NCBI GenBank assembly: GCA_021846685.1
Contig: JAJZWL010000003.1
Location: 17,700 to 81,699 of the forward strand
DNA from: a bacterium
Lineage (GTDB): Bacteria > Patescibacteriota > Dojkabacteria > JAKAPS01 > JAJZLI01
DNA length: 64,000 bases
Direction: 5' to 3'
How positions within the stretch are numbered: position 1 is the first letter of the stretch; every line of letters begins with the position of its first letter. The position numbers and the translations under genes were made by a program. Below the pieces are notes generated by a model. The model did not search any database. It worked only from the letters and a program-made list of their open reading frames with translations, and was not told where the DNA came from. Of the stretch, positions 50,338-60,593 are shown piece after piece.

Positions 50338-51607
50338 TATAAAAACAAGTGTATTAGAAAATGATATTAGGTTAATAACTTCTAATGTTAAAGATTCTCA
50401 ATTTGTATCGATTAATATATTTGTGGATGCTGGAAATAGAGATGAAGAGAAAAATGAGCAAGGAATTGCTCATTTTTTAGAGCATATAATGTTTTCTGGC
50501 ACAAAAAAAAGAAAGGATAATAAAGAGATTAGTTTTGAAGTAGAAACTATTGGTGGTTATTTTAATGCAGTAACATCGGATGAATATACCATTTATTATG
50601 TTAAAGTGCCTTATGAAAATTTTCTTAAAGCTTTAGATATAATTTCAGATATGTTTTTAAATTCTACTTTTGACCCAGATTTTATTAATTTAGAAAAAGG
50701 TATAGTGAAACAAGAGTTGAATATGTATAAAGATAATCCTAGAAGAACTGTTTATGATAATTTTACTAAATTGTTATATAAAGGCTCTAGTTTATCTGGA
50801 GATATAGATAAACAGATAAAATTATTAGATACGATAAATAGAGAAAAAATTCTTAACTTTATATCCAAATATTATTTAAATAAAAATACAATTATTTCTA
50901 TTGTAGGGAATATTTCAAATTATGATGTTGAAAAAGAAGTTTCAAATATCTTTATGTCAAAAAAATCAATAGAACCTACATATCAACGGAGTAAGGCTGT
51001 ATTTAATGAAAATGAAAACAAAGTAATTCATGTAAAAAAAGATATTAATCAAAGTAATTTTATATTAGGAGCAAAGGGTTTCTCATTACACACAGAATAT
51101 TACTATCCTCTAGTCTTAATGTCTACAATTCTGGGAGGAGGAGAAGGGTCTCATTTATTTCAATTTTTGCGAAATAAATTAGGTGTAGCTTATTATGCCT
51201 CTTCTTATAATTCTTTATACTCTGATACAGGATACTTTATTATATCTGCTGGTGTTGAAAACAATAGTTTTTTAAAGTCATTACATTCTTTAATTCAATT
51301 TTTAAATGAATTTAAAAATGGTAATTTTAACAAAGAAGATATTGATAGAGCAAAAGGGTATGTTCTTGGTGGTATATTATCTCAATTAGAAACCGTAGAT
51401 AGTATTGCAGATTTTATATTAACTGATTATGCATATTTAGGAAAAGTAAGGAATATAGAAGAGATGAGAGAGAATATAATGTCTGTGAAGAAAAATGATA
51501 TACTGGATGTATTTAATTTAATTTATAAAGATCTATACTTATCAGCAATAACTTCTGTTAAATATGATGATAATGAATATGATAATATATTAAGAAATGT
51601 ACGTTAG
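50321..51607 (+). CDS. Peptidase M16 (pitrilysin/insulinase-like) family protein
   Basis: HFLEH inverted zinc motif (HxxEH) and a two-domain M16 architecture. Confidence 0.7.
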   Translation: MSEELNIKTSVLENDIRLITSNVKDSQFVSINIFVDAGNRDEEKNEQGIAHFLEHIMFSGTKKRKDNKEISFEVETIGGYFNAVTSDEYTIYYVKVPYENFLKALDIISDMFLNSTFDPDFINLEKGIVKQELNMYKDNPRRTVYDNFTKLLYKGSSLSGDIDKQIKLLDTINREKILNFISKYYLNKNTIISIVGNISNYDVEKEVSNIFMSKKSIEPTYQRSKAVFNENENKVIHVKKDINQSNFILGAKGFSLHTEYYYPLVLMSTILGGGEGSHLFQFLRNKLGVAYYASSYNSLYSDTGYFIISAGVENNSFLKSLHSLIQFLNEFKNGNFNKEDIDRAKGYVLGGILSQLETVDSIADFILTDYAYLGKVRNIEEMRENIMSVKKNDILDVFNLIYKDLYLSAITSVKYDDNEYDNILRNVR

Positions 51608-52163
51608 TATAATTGTAAATTTAATTGTTTTTTTTATTGCATCTTTTACACTCTGGATATTTTTTGTAAAAAAAAGAATATTTTCGAATAATGATTTTTG
51701 GGATTTCATATTATTATTATTATTATTTTCTCTTATTGGATACCATTTTCTTTTGTATTTAGGAGTGTTAATAGCAAATTTTATAGCTACTTTAATCTTT
51801 TTTAAATTAAAAACTTATCTTTACAACGATATTTTTGATTTTTTTGCCATATTTACAGCTATTATATTTATCCCTAATTTTATTTTCTTAGGCTATATAT
51901 ATTTATTAATATTAGTCTTAGTTATAGTGTTAATATTATTTTTAAGATATATTAATGTAAATTATGGTGTAAGTATTTTTTTATTTGTTTATTCAATATT
52001 ATACTTTAAGAATAAGAGTTTATGGGCATTTTCTCATAATTATATATATAATTTAGATTTAGATGCCATAATTTTTTTAATCTCTTTTCTTTTTATATTT
52101 TTGAATATATTTTTTAAAGCTAATAAAAATACATATAAGAATATTTTGAAAAGAAAAGTTTAG
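51597..52163 (+). CDS. Polytopic membrane protein, hypothetical
   Basis: A very hydrophobic 188-aa product with five or six TM helices and no recognisable motif. Confidence 0.3.
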   Translation: MYVSIIVNLIVFFIASFTLWIFFVKKRIFSNNDFWDFILLLLLFSLIGYHFLLYLGVLIANFIATLIFFKLKTYLYNDIFDFFAIFTAIIFIPNFIFLGYIYLLILVLVIVLILFLRYINVNYGVSIFLFVYSILYFKNKSLWAFSHNYIYNLDLDAIIFLISFLFIFLNIFFKANKNTYKNILKRKV

Positions 52164-52405
52164 ACTGTAGTATTTAGTGAGAATTAATAAGCATATTAAT
52201 AAACTCAAAGAGTATACTGTTTCAAAGTATAAGATAACATAATTTGTTTCTCGAAGATTTTGTTAGAATTTAAGTGTGAGCTAATAATTTATTAGAATTT
52301 AATGAAGTGGAATATATATAATGTACCATACAACTCCACATATCTTTTTATTTTCCTATATTGTGTTATAATAGAGGTCCAAAAATTTTTTTTTTTAATA
52401 TAAAT

Positions 52406-52744
52406 ATGAATATAGATGAGACAAAAAAACAATTAGAAGAGATGAAGTTAAAAGTCCAGAGAGAGATTGCTAATGTAGATAGATCAGTCCAATCTATTCC
52501 TGATTCAGAAATTGCAGAAGAATTTGAGGGTGCAGATATAATGAATGGCAAAATAGATAATTTCAGAATAAAAGATAGTTTAATAGAAGAATTGGGTGAT
52601 ATAGATATAGCTTTGTCTAAAATAAAGAAAAATAAGTATGGCATTTGTGAGAATTGCAAAAATCCCATTGAAGACAAAAGATTAGGGATGTATCCTTTTG
52701 CAAGATACTGTATGAAATGTATGATACAATTTGATAATGATTAA
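52406..52744 (+). CDS. DksA/TraR-family C4 zinc-finger protein
   Basis: A coiled-coil N-terminus and C-terminal CENCKNPIEDKRLGMYPFARYCMKCM (DksA/TraR CxxC-17-CxxC). The start was set at the Met at 52406. Confidence 0.65.
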   Translation: MNIDETKKQLEEMKLKVQREIANVDRSVQSIPDSEIAEEFEGADIMNGKIDNFRIKDSLIEELGDIDIALSKIKKNKYGICENCKNPIEDKRLGMYPFARYCMKCMIQFDND

Positions 52745-53681
52745 CAATGAGGAAATTTTTGAAATTACATCTAATTATAGTACAAGACTAGATATATTAT
52801 TATCTGACTCTCAGAACCTTTCCAGAAATCATTTTAGAAAATTAATTAAAGATGGTTTTGTTACTGTGAATGATAATTTAGTCAGGAAGACTAAATTCAA
52901 AGTTAATATAGGCGATAAGATTAAGTATAGAGAATTTAAATATGTAAAAGATTTATCAGATATTGTTCCTCAACGAATTAAAATCAATATTATATATGAG
53001 GATGAAAACATTATAGTTGTAAATAAGCCTGAAGGATTGGTAGTACATCCAGCAGCCGGGAATCAAAGGAATACACTTTTAAATGGAATTATATTTAAAT
53101 TAAAATTTGAACATATATTGAATGAAAGACCCGGTGTTGTTCATAGATTAGATAAAAAAACCTCTGGTGTAATCATTTTTGCTAAGAATGAATATACATT
53201 AAATTTTTTGATTAATCAGTTTAAATCCAGAGAAGTAGAAAAGAAATATTTGGTTTTAGTAAAAGGTATTGTAAATCCAAATGCATCTAATATAAGTAAA
53301 GTTGATAATAAAAATTTTTATATTAAGGGTAATATTAAAAGAAGTAAATATAATAGAAAACTATTTACTCTGTCAGATACAGGAAAAGAGGCTATTACTT
53401 ATTTTAAAATCATAAAATATATTAATAAGGAATTTACATTACTTGAAGCTTATCCTAAAACAGGGAGAACACATCAAATAAGGGTTTCTCTATCTAGTAT
53501 AAATCATCCTGTAGTAGGGGATGATGCATATTCTAGAAATTCTATATCCTATCCTCATATGTTTTTACATTCATATTCTTTAAAGATAAATATACCTGAT
53601 AAGGGAGAACAGGAATTTAAGGCTAATTTACCTAATTTTTGGAAAAATATCCCTGGGGTATATCCTTTGTATAAAGTATAA
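52731..53681 (+). CDS. rluD: RluA-family 23S rRNA pseudouridine synthase (RluD-like)
   Basis: An S4 domain N-terminus and the catalytic HRLDKKTSGV motif. Confidence 0.85.
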   Translation: MIMINNEEIFEITSNYSTRLDILLSDSQNLSRNHFRKLIKDGFVTVNDNLVRKTKFKVNIGDKIKYREFKYVKDLSDIVPQRIKINIIYEDENIIVVNKPEGLVVHPAAGNQRNTLLNGIIFKLKFEHILNERPGVVHRLDKKTSGVIIFAKNEYTLNFLINQFKSREVEKKYLVLVKGIVNPNASNISKVDNKNFYIKGNIKRSKYNRKLFTLSDTGKEAITYFKIIKYINKEFTLLEAYPKTGRTHQIRVSLSSINHPVVGDDAYSRNSISYPHMFLHSYSLKINIPDKGEQEFKANLPNFWKNIPGVYPLYKV

Positions 53682-53685
53682 AGTA

Positions 53686-53985
53686 ATGTCTGAAAAATTT
53701 ATTAAGATCAATGAAAGTTTTAAGTGCTTATACTGTGGGCTTTTTAATGAAAAAGATAAACACGGGTCATGTAGGAATCATTGTTATTATTGTTTATACT
53801 CACTACATGTAGATATATATCCTGGAGATAGAAAAGAGAGCTGTAATGGATTAATGAAACCTATAGATATAAAAACAATTGGTGGTAAAAATATAATATA
53901 CCATAAATGCTTGAATTGTAATAAAATAAATAAAAATAAATCATTACCTGATGATAACTTAATAAATTTTTATGAACTATATTAA
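53686..53985 (+). CDS. RNHCP-domain Cys-rich small protein
   Basis: CLYCG..GSCRNHCYYC..CNG..C.NC contains the RNHC motif characteristic of the RNHCP domain. Confidence 0.45.
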   Translation: MSEKFIKINESFKCLYCGLFNEKDKHGSCRNHCYYCLYSLHVDIYPGDRKESCNGLMKPIDIKTIGGKNIIYHKCLNCNKINKNKSLPDDNLINFYELY

Positions 53986-55144
53986 AAGAAAAGACAAAAT
54001 AAATAAAAAAATCTTGGTATTAATTATTTTTATTGTAATTGTTGGAATATATGTTTTTAGTTCTAGTTTATTAGCTTTTAATAATATAAAATTTCAAAAT
54101 GATCCTGGTTATAAAGGTTCTTATAAAAATTGGAATAATTTAAATACAATTAATATATTGGTTTTATACAACAATAATGTTTATGGTAATAATTTAAATA
54201 CATATAATGCTATATTATCCATTGATCCAAAGGGTACAGTATCTGTTCTAAATATACCTTCAAACCTAAACATCTTAACGGCCCCTAATTCTTATCAGAC
54301 ATTAAATACTGTATATGCGGTTGGAAACTTGAATTCACCTCAAACAGGGGTAAATCTGGCCTTAAAATACTTAAGATATAACCTTGCTATCCCAATAGAA
54401 GGATATATTTCTTTTAACTCTCATAGCATAGATGTATTAAAAGGTGGAATATCTATAGATTCTTTATATAGTTTCAAATATGGGAAGGTGGTTGTGAATA
54501 CAGGATATAATACACTAAGTTTATCTTCTATAAAAACTATATTAGGTATTACTAAGGATACTCAGACAAGTTTATATTTAAAAAATACAATATTTGATAG
54601 TATAATGTCTAAATATTTAAATCCTTTATCTATTATCGATTTTAGTAAAACATCATCAGGTTTGAAAAGTATTTTTTATTCTAATATTAATAAAGGTTCT
54701 TTGAATAATGTTTTATATAATATGTATAAAGTAGGTATAAATAATTTTAAGTCATATTATGTTCCAATTAATGAATCTAATACAAATATTAATCTTAAGA
54801 ATGTTGATTATTACATAAGAAATAACTTTTTAGATTATTCTTTTTCAAATAGTTCTGTATTAGTACAGATCTTAGATGCATCTAATAGTAATACAGCTGT
54901 ATATCAATTTAGTAGATATATTGATAATTTAGGAGGGAATATATCGTCAGTGGGTATTTATAATGGTAATCAAAAGAAGGATTTAATATATGTAAGTAAT
55001 ATTAAAAAATATGCATATGATGTTTCTGTTATTAAAAAGATTTTAGGAGATAATAATGTTAAAATAATTGATAGAACCCCTAGTTTTTTTTATACTGGGT
55101 CAATAATCGTTGTTTTAGGTACAGATGATACTTATATTTATTAA
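53972..55144 (+). CDS. Membrane-anchored LytR-CpsA-Psr (LCP)-like protein, divergent
   Basis: An N-terminal TM helix. NILVL..AILSIDPKGTVSVLNIPSNL..LNTVYAVGN parallels the LCP core (NILLLG..RSD..PRD..INAAYAFGG), but the conserved Arg/Asp residues are not all present. Confidence 0.38.
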   Translation: MNYIKRKDKINKKILVLIIFIVIVGIYVFSSSLLAFNNIKFQNDPGYKGSYKNWNNLNTINILVLYNNNVYGNNLNTYNAILSIDPKGTVSVLNIPSNLNILTAPNSYQTLNTVYAVGNLNSPQTGVNLALKYLRYNLAIPIEGYISFNSHSIDVLKGGISIDSLYSFKYGKVVVNTGYNTLSLSSIKTILGITKDTQTSLYLKNTIFDSIMSKYLNPLSIIDFSKTSSGLKSIFYSNINKGSLNNVLYNMYKVGINNFKSYYVPINESNTNINLKNVDYYIRNNFLDYSFSNSSVLVQILDASNSNTAVYQFSRYIDNLGGNISSVGIYNGNQKKDLIYVSNIKKYAYDVSVIKKILGDNNVKIIDRTPSFFYTGSIIVVLGTDDTYIY

Positions 55145-55152
55145 ATAAAGAT

Positions 55153-55929
55153 ATGTCAGGACACTCTAAGTGGTCTACAATTAAAAGGTCAAAGGAAGCA
55201 AATGATAAACAAAGAGCTAAATACTTTACAAAAAGCTTAAATCAAATAGTTATGGCAGTAAGGTATGGTGAAGATAATATCGAGAGTAATCATTTATTAA
55301 AGACTGCAATAGAAAATGCCAAATCTTTAAATATTCCAACAAAATCAATAGAGAATGCGATAAGAAAGGGAAGTGGAAAAGATAAAGAATATTCTAATTT
55401 TGAAAATGTGTTTTATGAAGCTTATGGACCTGGAAACGTCTCTATATTAATTGAATGTTTTACAGATAACAAAAATAGAATAGTATCTGAAATAAGATTA
55501 GTTCTAGAAAGGAATGAAGGAAAAATACTTAATAATGGTACTGTTAATTGGCAATTTGAATTACAAGTACTTTTTATATTAAAAATAGAAACTGATTCTA
55601 GCAAGAAAAATAAAGTAAATTATCAATCTATTAATAATTTTTCAAAAATAATAAATAAAGATGAATTCGAAGGTGATATATTGGATATGGATGGTATTCT
55701 TGATTATGAAATTAAAGAAGATGCTTTTTTCTTATATATAGATCCTGAAAAGGTGAAGTATTTAAAGGATTTGTTAGAAAGTAAGAAAATATTAATTGAT
55801 AGTATTGAAAAAATATATGTTCCTAAAATGAAAATGGATGTGTCAGATGAAAATATTAGTAAAAATAATAAATTAATTGATTTGCTGAGTAATATCGATA
55901 ATGTAGAGAATGTTTATGGTAATATATAG
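55153..55929 (+). CDS. yebC: YebC/PmpR-family transcriptional regulator
   Basis: MSGHSKWSTIKRSKEANDKQRAKYFTK N-terminus, upstream of ruvCAB. Confidence 0.9.
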   Translation: MSGHSKWSTIKRSKEANDKQRAKYFTKSLNQIVMAVRYGEDNIESNHLLKTAIENAKSLNIPTKSIENAIRKGSGKDKEYSNFENVFYEAYGPGNVSILIECFTDNKNRIVSEIRLVLERNEGKILNNGTVNWQFELQVLFILKIETDSSKKNKVNYQSINNFSKIINKDEFEGDILDMDGILDYEIKEDAFFLYIDPEKVKYLKDLLESKKILIDSIEKIYVPKMKMDVSDENISKNNKLIDLLSNIDNVENVYGNI

Positions 55930-55931
55930 AT

Positions 55932-56426
55932 ATGTCTAAAAAAATATTAGGAGTAGATCCGGGGTTTGCTATATTAGGTTGGGGATTCATCGAGGGAGTC
56001 GGTATATCCAACGTTAATACAGTAGAGTGGGGTGCTATAACTACAAGTTCAAAAGAAAAAATAGAGGACAGATTACTTTTAATATATAAAGAATTATCAA
56101 ATATAGTATCATTATTCAAACCTGATGAAATAGCATTAGAAAAATTATTTTTTAATACAAATTCAAAAACTGTTATATCTGTTGGTCAATCTCAAGGTAT
56201 AGTTTTATTAATTGCAGCATTAAATAAGATTCCTATTTATCAATATACTCCACTACAAGTGAAAAATTCACTAACGGGTTATGGTGTGGCTAATAAAAAA
56301 CAAATACAAAATATGTTAAAATTAGTACTAAAGCTAGATGATATTCCAAAACCAGATGATGCTGCAGATGGAATAGCATTAGCATTATGTCATTTACAAA
56401 CAAATATTTATGATAGGATATCTTAA
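55932..56426 (+). CDS. ruvC: Holliday junction resolvase RuvC
   Basis: ILGVDPGFAILGWG and the catalytic acidic residues (D..E..D..D) are present. Confidence 0.88.
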   Translation: MSKKILGVDPGFAILGWGFIEGVGISNVNTVEWGAITTSSKEKIEDRLLLIYKELSNIVSLFKPDEIALEKLFFNTNSKTVISVGQSQGIVLLIAALNKIPIYQYTPLQVKNSLTGYGVANKKQIQNMLKLVLKLDDIPKPDDAADGIALALCHLQTNIYDRIS

Positions 56427-56988
56427 GGGTTTTATACAATATAGAGGAAAAGGATATATAGTTATTAATGTTAATAATATTGGATATAAAGTTGAAGTCA
56501 CAGAGAAATTGTTAGACCTTTCTTATCAAAGTTCTGAAATTGAACTATATATTTATCCTGAATCTTCAGAAAGAGGATCTAGATTATTTGGATTTTTAGA
56601 TGAAAAAAGTCTTAATATTTTTGAATTATTATTAACTGTAAATGGAATTGGCCCTAAGGGAGCTTTAAATATATTATCTAATAGTAATGTAGATGAGTTA
56701 TCTTCTGCTATTGATAGGGCAGATGTTAAATTTTTATCATCAATTCCTTCTTTGGGGAAAAGAATGGCTGAAAGAATGATTTTAGACTTAAAAGGTAAAA
56801 TTGATTTTTCTGAAAATTATGGAATTTGGAGTTCAGTAAGAAGTGCTTTAGTAAATTTAAACTATTCTAATGTAGAAATAGATTCTATTAGGGAGGAGTT
56901 TAAAGAAAAATATGAAGATATAGATGATACCTCAGAAGCTATAAGGATGTCTATACTACTTTTAAATGATAGTAAAAAATATGAATAA
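56410..56988 (+). CDS. ruvA: Holliday junction branch migration protein RuvA
   Basis: MIGYLKG..GYIVINVNNIGYKV is the OB-fold N-terminus, followed by helix-hairpin-helix motifs. Confidence 0.85.
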   Translation: MIGYLKGFIQYRGKGYIVINVNNIGYKVEVTEKLLDLSYQSSEIELYIYPESSERGSRLFGFLDEKSLNIFELLLTVNGIGPKGALNILSNSNVDELSSAIDRADVKFLSSIPSLGKRMAERMILDLKGKIDFSENYGIWSSVRSALVNLNYSNVEIDSIREEFKEKYEDIDDTSEAIRMSILLLNDSKKYE

Positions 56989-57976
56989 AGATTTAATAAA
57001 GGAAAATGATTTATTTAAAAATATAAGACCAATGACATTTAATGATGTTATTGGACGAAAGAAAGAGAAACAGAATCTTTCAATATTAATTGATGCTGCA
57101 AAATCAAGGGGAGATGTTTTAGATCATATATTATTCTATGGTCCCCCAGGACTGGGTAAAACAACGTTATCTTCTGTTGTTGCAAGTGAAATGGGAGTTA
57201 ATATAAAAATAACTTCTGGTCCTGCATTAACTAGGGCTGCAGATATAGCGTCAATAGTTACTAGATTGTCAAAGGGTGATATCTTATTTATTGATGAAAT
57301 ACATAGATTAAATAAAATAATAGAAGAAAAATTATATTCTGCTATGGAAGATTATGCTTTAGATGTAGTTATAGGCACTGGACCTTCTGCAGATATAGTA
57401 AGGATTGACTTAAATCCATTTACTATAATTGGAGCAACTACTAGGATAGGTTTGATTGCAGCTCCTTTACGAGAAAGATTTGGAGCCATTTTTAGATTGG
57501 ATTACTATACTCAAGAGGATATTGCCGAGATTGTATTTAGAAGCGCAAATATACTTGATGTAAAGCTAGATAATGGTGCTATATTAGAGATTGCTAATAG
57601 AAGTAGAGGTACTGCAAGAATAGCAAATAGATTATTAAAAAGAGTAAGAGATTATGCTCAGGTATATAATATTAGTAATATAAAAAAAGAAGACGCAATT
57701 AAGGCCTTTGAAGCCCAAAGTATAGATAAAATGGGGTTAGATGAACTAGATTTAAAAATCTTAGAAGTTATCGTGATAAATTTTAATGGTGGCCCTGTAG
57801 GTATAAGTACTATTTCTGATTCAGTCTCAGAAGAAGTTGAGACTATTGAAGACGTTTGTGAACCATTTTTAATTCAATCTGGATTTATTAAAAAAACTCC
57901 AAGAGGTCGTGTTGCAACAAAATTTGCATTTGATTATTTACAAATTCCTTACAATGAAGAACTTTCTATTATATAA
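56966..57976 (+). CDS. ruvB: Holliday junction helicase RuvB
   Basis: An AAA+ domain with GPPGLGKTTL and DEIHRL motifs and a winged-helix C-terminus. Confidence 0.93.
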   Translation: MIVKNMNKDLIKENDLFKNIRPMTFNDVIGRKKEKQNLSILIDAAKSRGDVLDHILFYGPPGLGKTTLSSVVASEMGVNIKITSGPALTRAADIASIVTRLSKGDILFIDEIHRLNKIIEEKLYSAMEDYALDVVIGTGPSADIVRIDLNPFTIIGATTRIGLIAAPLRERFGAIFRLDYYTQEDIAEIVFRSANILDVKLDNGAILEIANRSRGTARIANRLLKRVRDYAQVYNISNIKKEDAIKAFEAQSIDKMGLDELDLKILEVIVINFNGGPVGISTISDSVSEEVETIEDVCEPFLIQSGFIKKTPRGRVATKFAFDYLQIPYNEELSII

Positions 57977-58754
57977 AAATATCAGGATAATTAGTCTTAT
58001 AAGTAGTTTTCTTATAGTGCTATTAACTTTTATTGTACTTATATTTTTTCAACAAAAATCTTTTATTATAGAATTATTATTAATAATAATAGCTTATCTA
58101 GTATCTTTATTAATAATAAATTTTAATTTTAATGTTAAAGAACTCTTCAGCGTATTGATAATGCCAAGTTTAATTGTTTTTTTATTTTTTTCTTTTTTAA
58201 CTTTATATCAATCTTTATATCAAAATATTTATTTAATCATATTTTTAGGACTAGTATATTTTGTTTTTCTTTATGCATCATTTATACATATGAGTATTAT
58301 TAATGTTTTAAAATTTGAAAAAGTTCCATTAGTACGTTTCTCATATACAATTAATTACATAATTATTACAGTATTGGCTTATTTTTCTTTTTTGTATAGT
58401 TTCTTACAAAAAGATATTTTTCTTATATTGTTGTATATAATTATATTTGCCTTTATTATAATTTTTGAAAATTTAATATCATTAGAGTATGAAGTAAAAG
58501 ATAGGGTGCTGTATGTTTGTATTGGAATTGTAATATTTTTGATATTAGGTATTTTCTTCCTTTTTTATCCTATATCCATATTTATTGCAGCATTGTCATT
58601 ATCTCTTGTAATGTATATATATAATGGAATATTATTGCACAACAGAATAAGTAGAATGGGTGTATTTAATTATTTTGAATACTTTATATTTTCCTTAATA
58701 ATCATCATATCCTTGATATATATTCCGTCGTGGGGGATTGCTGGCCATCTATAG
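57954..58754 (+). CDS. Polytopic membrane protein, hypothetical (start uncertain; overlaps the ruvB 3' end)
   Basis: Predicted to have at least seven TM helices, with no motif. Confidence 0.3.
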   Translation: MKNFLLYKNIRIISLISSFLIVLLTFIVLIFFQQKSFIIELLLIIIAYLVSLLIINFNFNVKELFSVLIMPSLIVFLFFSFLTLYQSLYQNIYLIIFLGLVYFVFLYASFIHMSIINVLKFEKVPLVRFSYTINYIIITVLAYFSFLYSFLQKDIFLILLYIIIFAFIIIFENLISLEYEVKDRVLYVCIGIVIFLILGIFFLFYPISIFIAALSLSLVMYIYNGILLHNRISRMGVFNYFEYFIFSLIIIISLIYIPSWGIAGHL

Positions 58755-59160
58755 ATACAGGAATCATAAATTAGTTATTATTGCAATTAGTACATATAAA
58801 TAATCCGATTTTTTACAGTTTAAAATAATTATATTACAGATAGATAATCTACAAGTCGTCCTAAATGTATTGGTACAAAGCCAAAAGTAGGGGAATACAC
58901 ACATAGGTAACCCTATAGTAATATAATAATGATCAATAATATAACGGGGGATTTATGACTTATAGTATTTTTTAAAGTGGTGTGGATAAGTCGGCAATAT
59001 ATATAAATATTGTGCTAAGTATAGTCTATTTATGTTCAGTGGTATTAGTATTAGAAATAAAAAACAAAATATATTTTTTAAATAGGTTTGTATATTATAG
59101 AGAGTATTGTATATGAGAAGAGAAGTCCCTATTCTTTTAAATTGAGATATCTAGTCGCCA

Positions 59161-59204
59161 TTTATATAACTGAGTATAATCACCCTTATACTCAGTTATA
59201 TAAA
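59161..59204. repeat. Perfect 19-bp inverted repeat (palindrome) with a 6-nt spacer in a long non-coding region
   Basis: TTTATATAACTGAGTATAA-tcaccc-TTATACTCAGTTATATAAA, checked base by base. Confidence 0.6.
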
Positions 59205-59666
59205 TTTATCCTTTCAAATTCACTCCCCTTCTATACCCCTCTATTTTGAACGTTTTGCACCTTAGATATATCAATATACCTTTTTCTCTTAAATTAGACT
59301 AACTTATTTTAATTATTTATTTAATTAAAGATATGTATTTATTCTCTTCTAAGTTTATGTAACTTTTTTTTAATTTACCAATATTATTATTCTTTTTAAT
59401 AAATTAAGGAAAAATATATTTTATAATATCAATATAGCTTTAAACTAGGAAAATATAGTAATATGATGGAATTTATTATTTCCTTAAATATATAATTTAA
59501 CCTCTTAATATAAAAGACTACTCCCCTGCTAGTGTCCCGGAGAAGAGGATCTATATTCTATTTATGTTGTTATGAAAGTATAAATGAGTCCTTTTTATGA
59601 TATTAATAGTATTTTAATACTTTGGAGTATATAATATTAATATTATTTTATATAAGGTTATATTGT

Positions 59667-59885
59667 ATGTCTGATACTAAAATAGATTTAACAAAAAATG
59701 GTCCTTTAAAAGTTTCTGGAGATTTTACTATAGAAGATGAAAAAGGTAATTTAATAGATACTATAAATATGGATGAAGTCTATTTATGTCGATGTGGAAA
59801 TTCTTCAGAAAAGCCTTTTTGTGATGGAACACATGCAATATGCCACTTTGATTCATCTGTCGGTATGCAAGATTATTCTTCATGA
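59667..59885 (+). CDS. CDGSH iron-sulfur (mitoNEET-like) domain protein
   Basis: CRCGNSSEKPFCDGTHA is the CDGSH [2Fe-2S] motif (C-x-C-x2-S-x3-P-x-CDG(S/T)H). The start was set at the Met at 59667. Confidence 0.7.
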   Translation: MSDTKIDLTKNGPLKVSGDFTIEDEKGNLIDTINMDEVYLCRCGNSSEKPFCDGTHAICHFDSSVGMQDYSS

Positions 59886-60553
59886 AAATTTTTCTAAAAG
59901 ATAAAAAACAATTGTCTCAAGATATTTTTGAATTTGTATTTACTCCTGAGAAAGAAATTAATTGGATCTCTGGTCAATTCCTACAATATTATATAGATTG
60001 TAAAGATGATACTAGAGGTTCAGATAGATTTTTTACAATTACTTCTTCTCCTTTAGAAAAAGATATACTTTTAACTACTCGATTCTCTATTCCTGGAAGT
60101 ATGTTTAAACAAAAATTAAAAGATTTAAAAATTGGAGAGAGTATCTCTGCAGAAGGTCCATGGGGAAAATTTGTATTAGATAATGATTATGAATCTAAAA
60201 AACTTTTTTTTATTGCTGGAGGAATAGGAATTACTCCATTTAGATCAATCATTAAAGATTTCTTATTAAAAAAAGAGAATAATGTAGATATTACCCTACT
60301 CTACTATAATAAAACTGATAAATTTATTTATAGAGATGAATTTGATAATAGTTTTGTAAAAACATATTATCAAGTTGGTAGTATGAGTATGAATTCTTTA
60401 AAAGATAATATTGTAATATCTACAAATTCTTTATATTATGTCTCAGGGCCAGAGGGTTTTGTGAAAAATACAGAAGATATTCTTATAAATCAACTTAATA
60501 TTCCAAAAACTCTTATTAAAACGGATTTTTTCCCAGGTTATACTTCAGTATAG
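59882..60553 (+). CDS. Ferredoxin-NADP reductase-like FAD/NAD(P)-binding oxidoreductase
   Basis: An FAD-binding RFFTITSSP motif (RxYS-like) and an NAD-binding GGIGITPF motif (GGxGxxP). The start overlaps the stop of the upstream CDGSH gene. Confidence 0.7.
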   Translation: MKIFLKDKKQLSQDIFEFVFTPEKEINWISGQFLQYYIDCKDDTRGSDRFFTITSSPLEKDILLTTRFSIPGSMFKQKLKDLKIGESISAEGPWGKFVLDNDYESKKLFFIAGGIGITPFRSIIKDFLLKKENNVDITLLYYNKTDKFIYRDEFDNSFVKTYYQVGSMSMNSLKDNIVISTNSLYYVSGPEGFVKNTEDILINQLNIPKTLIKTDFFPGYTSV

Positions 60554-60593
60554 CATTGAAACTATATCTCTTTTCATATAGTATATTAACTAT

